64,000 bases of DNA from Chrysomallon squamiferum (lineage: Eukaryota > Animalia > Mollusca), in the NCBI GenBank assembly GCA_012295275.1, contig CM022674.1:8370001-8434000 (forward strand). Reading direction: 5' to 3'. Below the pieces are notes generated by a model. The model worked only from the letters and a program-made list of their open reading frames with translations, did not search any database and was not told the DNA's origin. How positions within the stretch are numbered: position 1 is the first letter of the stretch; every line of letters begins with the position of its first letter. The position numbers were made by a program, and so were the translations under genes. Below are positions 1 through 11,437 of the stretch, piece after piece.

Positions 1-1811
1 AAGCTTTTGATAAACATGTATCATGTGACTTGTGTTGTATTTTACTATTATATATACACGCACACACATACAAACACACACACTTCAAATGAACAAGTTT
101 TCAAAATAATTGTTAAAAACCACAGGATTATTCATTACAACACAGCGCATAATATCATTGTAAATATATAGGAGGAGTGTTTGGGGGTGGAACACAATGA
201 ATTCGGACAGGCCAGGGAATTGTTTCGGGCTGCACCGGATACGTTTTCAAATCCTTATCGGCGGTTTCAACACAGATTTCTTGCGAATTAACTGAAACGG
301 CTTAATATCTCTTGAATATACAGCTGGAGCTATGATTAAATCAGTAGTTGAGCATAGCATCTCACAAATGCATTGATGAAGAAAGAAACAACAGTGACTC
401 CGACTCTAATCACTATATATATAATAATAAATCATAAATGTTTTATTTATTTATTCATTTATTTATGTATTTATTTATTTATTATTTCAATTATTTTTTA
501 TTATCTGGATACTTATTCATTATAATTTATATCATAATATAATCAAAAAAAAAAAAAAAAAACCATTTAGAAATTTATTTTGATGTTCAGTTATAGTGGG
601 ATAACAGATTTAAATAGTTTCGAATTCAAAATTATAATCGGCACTTCATTATAAAACGACATCACAAACTGGAAAGAAACCTATTTGTTTGGTCATTTTA
701 GTTAATTCTGTATAACTTTTGAGGAAAAAATGGATCGGAAATAAATAGGTTAAACTAAATGATAAACTACGCTCAATTCCTGTCAGCACTAAATTCCTTT
801 AGCTGATGAATGAAAACATTAACATTTGATCGGGTAGGGGGAGAGAGAGAGAGAGAGATTAAAAAGCCAATAAATTAACAACCGAAAAACAAGTGGTTCT
901 TAATGTCGATTAATGTTACATTTACTTAAAGATTAAGCATTAAAGACAGATATGTTTGTTACGCACTATGGACAATTTTGACAATTGAGTTACATTGCAA
1001 TTGCTATTTGGATGGTGCATGCAGCCGAATTGTATGACAAAAACGTAACAAACCTTTCACTGCCTTAGAAGATGAAAACTCTGAAAGTGCCAGGTGTTTG
1101 AGATCTTCCAGATACGGTTGAGTTGCTCCAAACACGACGGTTGCCAGTGCATCTTTTGGTACAAATTATAATTACTCCGTTAACATTGGCTCTCAAGTTT
1201 TATTCATTTATCACTATAAGGAAACTGAGAATGAGGTTTGTTACTTAACTTACACTATTTTAAGTATTTATAATAACAGAATACGTCATTATTTCCTTTT
1301 TGTTGCAATATAGATACATTAACAAAAAAGTAAGTAAAAGAATAAGAAAATATAAGAAGAACTAAATAAAAGAAAAAAGAAAAAGATGTGGAAAGTTTGA
1401 AAAAAATTTGATTTCTTCATCGTTAAGTTTACTGTATTTTGAAAACTAAAAACACTGAGTCACTGACATCTAGTATTATAATGCTAAAGTAACAACATAC
1501 TCTATCCAGTGCATAATTATTATTTTATTTTTTTTTCATTTATTTAGTTTAGATTCATTATTTGTTTTGTTTGATGGTGTAATATGTTTTTATAACAACA
1601 TGCTTGCATTTTATTCAGTTTATTTATTTATTTATTTATTATTATTACTATTATCATCATCATTATTGTTAATATGATTAGTATTTCTGTAATCAATGAT
1701 ATTAATTGTTAACAGTTTAAGACATATTTTATTGTTACTAACAAACATTGTATATTATTCATACTGAAATTTCTTATCTAGATTTATTATTACTTTTAAT
1801 GATTATCACTG

Positions 1812-1865
<54 letters not shown>
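1812..1865. repeat. (ATT)n microsatellite, representative of many in the window
   Basis: Seen directly. Similar tracts near 17345, 17575, 19430-19580, 20030-20105 and 24300. Confidence 0.95.
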
Positions 1866-2451
1866 GCTACTACTAGTATTATTTTGTTATTAGGCCTACT
1901 TTACATGTGGTTTTTGGCAAACTACAGCAGTTAGAGTTACTGTGCAGAGTGAGTCTGCTGAGAATGACTTCCCTTTAATGGTAGTAATACGTCATCAGCG
2001 AGGTATCGTGTGCTGTGCGGTTACCCTAGTTACAGATTACTTGTACGTTAATAATAATAATAATAATAATAATTTGTGAGGTAAATGTGTGATAAGGATA
2101 AGATTATTAACAAATTACGGACTGAAATCCAACCACCCTTCATTAATTAAAAGTTTTATTCAAATATATATTTAGGCTTTAGATAAGACTTCAGTATAGA
2201 TCTAAGACTATGTATCATATAAAGTCATAAATATTTAGGTGAGGCAGAAATTCATGTATATTCTACTGAAGTCAGAGGCACTGAAACTATGAAACTGTAA
2301 TTTTTTTCAATAAGAACATTAAATTTCATTGATTACTGTTATTACAAGCACCATAATTTTGCATAATAATGTACACAAATTTGAAATTAATTTAACAATC
2401 TGGCCACCCACATGTTTGAAGAAACTTCTTTTTTCTTTTTTTTTTTTTTTT

Positions 2452-2512
2452 CCCCGTGACTGGTGGCACCCAGGGCAATTGCCATACATGCCATAACCTG
2501 GATACGCCCCTG
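2452..2512. mobile_element. Probable terminal fragment of a non-autonomous DNA element (MITE-like end)
   Basis: GC-rich island after a poly-T tract, ending ...cctggatacgcccctg, a type of terminus common in invertebrate MITEs. No partner end found. Confidence 0.3.
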
Positions 2513-5222
2513 CCCCTCGGTATACCTCAGTTCTAACCCAGATAGTCCGCCTAACTACCACGTGTTTCTGGCAGGGTGTTTCCAAAACTTCCAACATATT
2601 TCATTTTCATCCATGTCGGAAATTCCACCTTTCATGCGTGCGCTCTCGTGGTACTAGACGCCTTAATTGTTAATTGTGAGTCATCGTGAAAATTGAGCAA
2701 TATGATAGTTGAAACAAAAAGTATATTTGTTGTATTCCTTGTACTTTTCCAAATCAGCTGAATAAAAGAAAATTGTTTTAACTGAGCCTAAAAGTTTTGT
2801 TAAATTTTATTTTATGAGAAGATCCGATACAGGCGGTGTAGATGTTCGTCAAGACAGATTCGCAACATACGCCGAACTCTGTTGAGCTTATTTTGTCCGT
2901 TAAAAACAAATGTAAAGATAATTTAAGAACTGGCCGACGGAACGGAAAACAACAACAAAAGAAAACAACAGATACTGCTACACAGAAAGATGAAAGCCAG
3001 ATTGTTATTAATAATACTGAATAAATGTTTTCTTTTCATAAATAGTTGCAATATATATGAATAATTTCAAAATATATTACTTTTATATATTCATTTTTAT
3101 CATTTAATTTTTGCCTTCGTTTCATACCATGTTTGCAGGGGAATGGAGTGTATAAATTCCCTCCCATACTCATCATGAAAAAAAATTAATTACAAAGTAT
3201 TTTCCTGTATTCATTGTAATGTTTACTATTACTGGAGTCCAGACTTGGTGAAACAGCAAATTCTTGAATAACCTTATCCATCCATTATAATTTTTAATTC
3301 TTTGCATTCCAGTCATACAATAAGGTAAAAAGAAATTACATTTACATACTACATGATATTTAAACTTTTTGTGTTACACAGGAAAACATTCCAGCCTGTG
3401 TTGTGGGGTACCAAAGATTGCGATATCTGTTTCTCTAAGATCATATGAAAACTGACAAAATTACTACGTATTAGTGTCATTCATCAGTATCAGGACAGTG
3501 AAAACAGCAGCCTCGTACACAGGACCACAGACTCGGAGAAAGGAGAGGTTTTCGTTGTTTTTATTATTATTATGACCGGAACCATAAAAGGCTTCACTTT
3601 GATAAAATTTAATGATGAAACGATATAAACTTTATTTTAGTGTTGATGGAAAATAAAACGTTGTCATTGATTTATTTATTTATTTTATTTTATTTTGTTC
3701 TATTCTATTCTATTCTATTCTATTCTATTTATTTATTTATTTTATTTTTATTTATTTTTCACGTCACTGGAATCGGTATTCGTTAGAACTGTCTTCGTTT
3801 CACTGAAGTTTGTAACAGTGTCAAAACTACTTTTTTCTTTTCCTTCATTTTTTTTTATTACACACTGTCTTGGGATTTATAATCACATACAAAATGTAAA
3901 TTAGTCCTTCGATGCTAAATATAGAAAGGATCTAATTTTCACATTAAATAATACATTTGCGGTTCCCGACTTTTCGGTATGATCTGATTTTTCCCATCCG
4001 CATTAATTACTCTGTAGGTGGTCTCACGGCAAATATCATCAATATTTGATATTTAAAAGTATTCAAGGATGTGAAAAGCATATGTTAAGCCTGATAAGCA
4101 TGTAACACGAAATTCATCACATTAGGGTAATGTCATCCCTAACATTCAAATGTATATATCGTAAATATTTAGTTGTATACTGAAGCACTCAGGTAAAATG
4201 TACACTAGAAATTATTCCTGAGAATGCACCTTGATACTGTGGTAATCACAAAGCAACATTCAAAAAATAAAGGAAGAGTCGAAAAGAAACTAATGAAACC
4301 TAAAATTACTGCAAATAATCAAATTTGAAAATAATAATATAATAAAAACAAATTCTTTTTCTTTTTCTTTCTTTCTTTATTTCTTTCTTTTTTATCAAGT
4401 ATATGTAAATGTTTTAAATTGGAAGAAAAGACTTAGTACTAATAAACTAAACAATATATATAACAAGATAAATGTAGGCTTATATAAATTATTTCTTCCT
4501 TTCCATTCCGGGGTATATTTTATCACAACATCCGTCGTAATTAAACTGGTGAAGCAGGTTTAATTAAAAACAACTTGGCTACCAATAGATATATATTATG
4601 TATACAAGTAGTCATTATCTGCACAACATACAAAAGGTGCATTACTAATTGGAAGAGTGGTTTTATCTAGATCGACAACGTGGCTTTGAATTATTGATCG
4701 CTGTATGCAGTTTTCGTGATCACTCTGCGGCAGTAATAATAAAAATGACAAAACAAAGACTGCATTGGTTACGTGTTGGCTGTTATTCAGAGTATTCATC
4801 TAAATTTAATTTGTATGTTTCGGTGTAGCATCTAACGTACTACAGTGCGTGGACCTACGCAAAGACTAAGTGCAATGGACGAGAACAAAGAAGATCCGTA
4901 GTACATGTATCGACATATTTGATTTCTTTCTTCTGAAGGCACAGGTTTATCAATTTACTCAAAACAACCGGAAAATAAATTTTAAAAGAACATACATAAT
5001 AGTAATTAAAATAAATTTTGTGTTTTTTGGTATTCTAACATCTGTGAAAGTGACAACTGAAGTTGCAGACATATTGATACTATGCGGATCTGTGCGATAC
5101 GGAAAAGAAAATATCTCTTTTGTATTTGTATTTGGATTTGTTCTCTGTTCGTAGTATGTAAGTATATTTTAAATTATAAATAGCTGTTAGAATCAATCCC
5201 TGTGAAAATCAAGAATGAAATT

Positions 5223-8071
5223 GGGTCATTCCGTGTCAAATCACCCAAAAAAAAAAGAAATTTAAACCCGACCGTCTCAGATTTTTATGAAACTTGGTAT
5301 ACTTGTTGACTGGGATCCCACAGCACCAAATCTGAAATTTTAGCTCAATCAGACCAGTGGTGTGGGAGATACGGCCCACCGAATTTTGAGATTTTTGCCA
5401 AAAATGGGTGTGACCACCAACCTTAGAACCCTCATATCTCAGGAACTACTGGGCCAATCTTCATAAAATTGGTATTGTTAGAAAGGCAAAATGACAAGGA
5501 TTCCAAATCTGCCATTTTTGTTTAGTTTGGAAAATATTGGAGTACCTTGACCTTTTGACCTTTGCTATGACCTTGAAATTGACCGCGTGGATCACGTGAT
5601 CTTGAGATGACCTTTATTGAAATTTAATCTCCCACATGTTAACTAAAACATATAAAAGTTTCCTGGGTGTAATATTTTTTGTTTAGCCACAATATAGATT
5701 TAAAAAATGCACATACATGAAAATAACACCTTTTCAGCCATTAACATCTGATTAACTAAAACCTGAATGATCAATTCTGGATGCTAGGGATCACCTTCTT
5801 TCTTGATCATCGAGTAAGACATTGTAGGCCTACATGTATGCATAAAGTTCACATAAATTTGAGAGAACTAGGTGTTTCTGATGCTTAACCTTCTCACTAT
5901 GTTTGTTTCAAATGCTCACTGTATCCTTCATTCCCAGACACATTCTACTGTTCTCATCACTTTCATAAAATTGGATTATTTCCTCCTTCAATTCATTGTC
6001 CTTTCAATGGTAAAGGGTGACAAAATCAAGATTTGCACACGCTCTGGGTAGGATTCAGACATTAAGATGTCATTTTAATGTTACTGGAGCTGATGCTAGT
6101 TTTTTTCTGTCCTTTCATTCATTTACTGGAATGTGCTAGAGAATGGAGTTTGGCAGGAGTTTCACCTAAGCTCGACAGAATATAATTCAAATCAAACACC
6201 TTTTCTGGGGAAACAACAACCAGCAGTTTGTCTGGCAAGTTATCACCAAATTCTCCCATTGTAATACCACCCATACTAAAGCCATCTTCTGCAGGACCTT
6301 TGATTTCTGAAGGGTAATCAGACAGTCACAGCACAACTTGTCTCCTGGCACTAGTGTCTTTGGAGGATTTACTAAGCATTTGTAAGTGCCCATGCTAACA
6401 ATTCTTAAAGATCTAGTGTGTGCTTGCTCAGGGTGGCGATTAAGGGGATCACAACAGTTTTTCTGCAATGTTGAAAATTTGATGAAAAGTTCTTGTTCAT
6501 GATACTCTTGATGTCCCGTGTTTCGATCCCACTTCAAAGAGTGAGGAGTTCGACTTCCTCAGTTTTCCATACACATTGCAACAACTCCTTTTTGATATGA
6601 TGGTGTTGATAACACACATTTTCAGGAGAGTTAAAGCTGCAGTTAGCCCTGGAAGAAATAAGGATTTTCAGTATTGGCCTGCACCTTCAATTCAATAGAA
6701 CAAAGTCAGTGCTTTCCTAAATATTAAATCAAATCCTGAAACCCTTTCAGTAAAGTTAAGCAGGTCATAAAATGGCAGCAGAGTACATGTGTTATTGCCA
6801 AAGGCCCACAAGTCTTGGGCATTTATGTCAATCTTCTCAAGTATAAATCACAGTTTATTAAGGTGAAGTAGACCTTGTTCATACCCTGTGCCGAAGACTG
6901 GGTGTACAAATACATTATGCAGTACATCACTTGATGACGTCTGATTTCAGACTGGGTTGTACTGTTGTTGACTGAAACCTTGTTCAAAACCAATGGCAAG
7001 GCCCACATGACATGATAAAATTACTTAATAGGTTTTATGAAATAAAAATATTGTTTATATATCAACATCTGACACTGTGTCCAACTTAAAAAGCTTCAGA
7101 TTGTCAAAGAAATGCAGATGAAGAAACTTCTTTGTCTTAAACTTCTAATTGCCATGTGCTCAATGGGGATTGCACCAGGGAATCTAAAGGAGTTCCTGAC
7201 CTGCCTGAAGTATCACTTCCTGTTAACCCTTTATGATTGTGTAGAACATGTCATGCCATTTGGCATCTTTTCATATCCTTCAGGCATTCCTTCAGACATG
7301 TCAGGTGGGTTTTAACTCCAAAGATGAGTTTTTAATCTCAGAGAAAATGTACATTGTAATGCATTGTATCAATCATCCATGCAGGTATGCATTTATTTAA
7401 ATCTCTATTATGGCTAAACAAAAAATATTATACCCAGGAAACTTTTATATGTAAACTTTATGCATACATGTAGGCCTACAATGTCTTACTCGATGATCAA
7501 GAGAGATGGTGATTCCTAGCATCCAGAATTGATCATTCAGGTTTTAGTTAATCAGATGTTAATGGCTGAAAAGGTGTTATTTTCATGTATGTGCATTTTT
7601 TAAATCTATATTGTGGCTAAACAAAAAATATTACACCCAGGAAACTTTTATATGTTTTAGTTAACATGTGGGAGATTAAATTTCAATAAAGGTCATCTCA
7701 AGATCACGTGATCCACGCGGTCAATTTCAAGGTCATAGCAAAGGTCAAAAGGTCAAGGTACTCCAATATTTTCCAAACTAAACAAAAATGGCAGATTTGG
7801 AATCCTTGTCATTTTGCCTTTCTAACAATACCAATTTTATGAAGATTGGCCCAGTAGTTCCTGAGATATGAGGGTTCTAAGGTTGGTGGTCACACCCATT
7901 TTTGGCAAAAATCTCAAAATTCGGTGGGCCGTATCTCCCACACCACTGGTCTGATTGAGCTAAAATTTCAGATTTGGTGCTGTGGGATCCCAGTCAACAA
8001 GTATACCAAGTTTCATAAAAATCTGAGACGGTCGGGTTTAAACCATTGGGTGATTTGACACGGAATGACCC
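5223..8071 (-). mobile_element. Non-autonomous Sola2-type DNA transposon (internal deletion derivative)
   Basis: TIRs of ~630 bp (5223-~5854 and ~7449-8071) start GGGTCATTCCGTGTCAAATCACCCAA. AATT flanks both ends (5219-5222, 8072-8075). GRG termini, long TIRs and a 4-bp AWWT TSD fit Sola2. Transposase remnants lie on the minus strand. Confidence 0.85.
5840..6640 (-). pseudogene. Decayed N-terminal half of a Sola2-type transposase, catalytic domain absent
   Basis: Fragments in shifting frames: QKNCCDPLNRH...LVPGDKLCCDC (Cys/His motif also seen in the ARL14EP N-terminus), LNYILSSLGETPAKLHSL, ERVQILILSP, and IIQFYESDENSRMCLGMKDTVSI*...QKHLVLSNLCELY. Contains stops, frameshifts and deletions. 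Confidence 0.8.
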
Positions 8072-8813
8072 AATTATATATACATTTTAAATATTAACTT
8101 AATTAGATGATAAATTACTTTTTCAACATGTGTCCAGAATATAATAAGGACATTCAAAATTTAAACCTTCTTTTGTCGTATTAACTTAAAAAACCAACTA
8201 CAAAAACAAAACAAACACTTACGACATATTAATTTAACAACAACAGATTTGTATGTCATAATACAAATAAACACGAATGAACCAATATTATTCATGCTCT
8301 AAAAATGAAGTGCTGCATTGCCGATGAGGAGAAATGTAGAAAGTTACAGAAAAAAGGAAAAGTTGTTTCCGGGTTCCCAGTCTAAACAACAACAAAGTTG
8401 ACTTATTTCGATTTTTGATGCGTATTAAGTCGCATACAGTGCTTGTATAATGTATTCTATATTTGTGCAAACCTGAACGGAAATTAGAAATATTTAGTAT
8501 CCTAATGAATTTGTACTAAAGAAATTCAAAAGTTAAAAGTAAAACAAACATGTACTCAGTACTGAAAACAAAATGCAGTGGATGGAATTTATGCTAGAGT
8601 GCTGAACATTTAAAAAAAAAAAAAAAAAAAAAAATATTAATAATAACAATAAGAAAATAACAACCTTGAAACTAATACTGAAAACAAAATAACCAGCTAT
8701 TTTCGCTGCCTTGTACAATTAAATCAAAAGAACAATTATTATTTTTTCTATTATATTTTTCGATCCTTTTAATAGTTTTATTATATATAAAATTATAAAT
8801 AACAAGAAAGAGA

Positions 8814-11437
8814 ATGCTATCGTATTGCAAATACAAAGGACATAAAACCTTTATGTTACTGTGCCGAATGTTTAGTGGTAGATACAACAGAATGAGACTG
8901 ATAGTTATTTTAATGATATTCACAGTATGTGTCACTGTGTCAATGATTCGTAAGCATATTATTTTAATATCTTCTACTTTGTTGTTTATTCTTTCCCTTT
9001 TTCTTTCTTTTTTTTTTTTTTTTTTTTTTTTTAGAAGAAAAAAAGGAATGAATATATAATTTGGATAAATAATGTAACATAAACATAATTTTATATAAAA
9101 ACTACTTGAATAGATTTATTTTAATAATGTTTACAATTTATGTAACTGGGTTATCAAGTGTATATTTCTTAATTTTTACACATAGCAAAAACAAAGCATA
9201 AATAGTTTGTAAATGTTTTACATAATTAACCTAGCAGTAGTTTTAATTTGAATAAATTTTTGTATGCACATTATATATTTAATAAGAAATACATATAACT
9301 GTTTAGTTTATTATCTTAAACGTATTTAAGCTTTACCTTCCAAAACATATTTTATCATTAATTTAAAACACTTACATATTCTTAATAAATATTATATTTG
9401 GCAGGCTAAAGTTCTTTTCATAGTATGGCACATCTCCATTTCTATATATATACTAATGATTTAAAATTTTCATTAATTTACTTCTGAAGTTTCTTTGATA
9501 CTTTCAGATAGGTTTTTAAATGATGAATCAATGGAAGGACTTCCTGCAGCATCTCATCTGCGATACAAACATCATTTCCGTAATATCCCGGTCACATATG
9601 CTCCTTGGAAAAAACAGCTGGAGTCTGGAAGCAAGTCCAGGACTAGAAATGAAGTTATTGAATTTGCAGCTTATGAACATGATAAGCAAAAGTTATCACA
9701 CATCATTGATGATCCTTTATCTGTTCCAAGAATTAGAGAATATTGCAATCCACCAATTACCAATGTCACTGGAGATGAAGGTAGAATTTTTTAATCATTT
9801 ATGATTTTAATATTAATTTAACAGAAGCAGTTTGATAAATATTATCAGCAAAGGTTTAGAGCAGAAATTTTATTTCTAAAATTGAATAATTTTTTGAAGA
9901 AGTCGGCTATTGACATTGTGAAATAAATGAAACAAACAAAAATATCATCCCTAAAATGCCAAACTGAAACAAAATAATTATAATTTTATTATATGGTAAG
10001 TATATGTTAGAACAAACAGTTTTTCATGTTCAAGGCTTTTATTTGACTTAGGTATTTTTTTCACAATTCTTTTTAGTATAATGGGTTTTGACCAGAAAAA
10101 TAAAACTACATTGACTTATTTATTAATTTTTATTATATTTATTAGTATCATTAATATTATATTTATTATGACATTCATTAATACGATTATTACTATTGTT
10201 CATTATTTCAGGCATTGTGCCTCCAGGCTACAAGCTGCTTCATGTACATGTAGTTACACGACATGGAGCTCGGTCTCCCATGTACAGTTTTATAAACCAT
10301 CATAACCCACCACTGAGCTGTGAATTCAGTCAGCAGATAACCAACAACAACCCAATAATCAGAACTTTCATCAACACTATGAAATCAAATGAACATAAAC
10401 AGAATCAAAACAATCCATTTTATCAGTGGTCATTGTATCCACAACGTAAAGTCTGTGACATGTCACAGCTTATGGCTGCTGGTGCTATGCAACACATGTT
10501 AAATGGATTTCATTTCAGGGAGCGATATGTCAAGAAGTGGAAACTGTTTGGAGATTCATTCAGTGGTGAACAGATTCATGTAATGAGTACACCATATTCT
10601 AGAACCTATCAGAGTAGCATAGCCCTTCTGTACAGCTTTCTACCACAGTTTGATCTGCGTGAGATTAACATTGAACGTTCTGCCAGCTTGCATTTCTGTG
10701 ATGAAAGATTTTTCAAGTCGTCTTGCATCTGTCCAGGAGCAAGACAGCTGAAAAAACTTGCTGATGATGAGGCTTTACATTTCAACAGGAATAACACCAG
10801 ACTTTTTAAACTGCAGAAACTCATTGGAGAGGTGTATGGACTGAAACCCAACCAACTGCCAACAATGTGGTCCATGGCTGATGTTTTTATGGCTTATGCT
10901 TGTAATAACATTAAACCATTGCCTTGTAATAGTAATAATGGAAAATGTATAAATTCTAAGATGATGGCAGAGTTATGGGATCTGATAGATGAATATGGGT
11001 TGAAATTAGATAATTTGAAGTCATACCAGCATTTCATGCGAGTAACAATGCATCCATTTCTTGTGAAAGTACTTGATCACATAAATCTGATTATAAAGAA
11101 CAAAACAAAAGTTAAGTTTTCTCTATTTTCTGGTCATGATACAACGATCACATCATTGTCTGTAGCTTTAGGAATTCATGATGGAAAATGGCCTCATCTT
11201 GCTAGCAGGATTGTGTTTGAGTTGTATTCAGATGAAAAGAGAAAAGATAGATATTATGTTAAGATTCTATACAATGGGAAAAATGTCACCCCTGATGTTA
11301 GGTTTTGTAAAGGACTCACTGTCAGTGGTTTGTGTAAACTGAAATATTTCACACATTTCGTGAGAAAGGGAAATCTTCAAGAACTAGAAGGGAAAACATA
11401 TAAGAGGATCTGTCATTTGAATACAGACACATTTTAA
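8814..11437 (+). CDS. PXYLP1: 2-phosphoxylose phosphatase 1 (histidine acid phosphatase, type II membrane); exons 8814-8949, 9508-9780, 10212-11437; ~544 aa
   Basis: RHGARSP and SGHD catalytic motifs, YCNPP...G.EG..P motif, N-terminal hydrophobic anchor. Phase-consistent GT-AG junctions. The exact start ATG is uncertain because there are several in-frame Mets. Confidence 0.88.

Larger units (their letters stand above)
952..3547 (+). pseudogene. SID-1/SIDT-like transmembrane family pseudogene, N-terminal exons only (about 952-1235, 1921-2042, ~3440-3547)
   Basis: 1921-2042 reads TTAVRVTVQSESAENDFPLMVVIRHQRGIVCCAVTLVTDY, resembling the SID-1 N-terminal motif AVRVxVxS...PLxxVVRQxxGxxSWQxPL. The upstream exon ends ASFGTNYNYSVNIGSQVLFIYHYKETENE|gt and carries a signal-peptide-like segment, but also in-frame stops and a frameshift. 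The exon 2 acceptor reads CAA instead of CAG. Exon 3 is phase-compatible but degraded and its limits are uncertain. Confidence 0.65.

Noticed and set aside
170-400. GC-richer island that might be an exon
   Set aside because: Only short open frames, no recognisable motif and no convincing splice pair.
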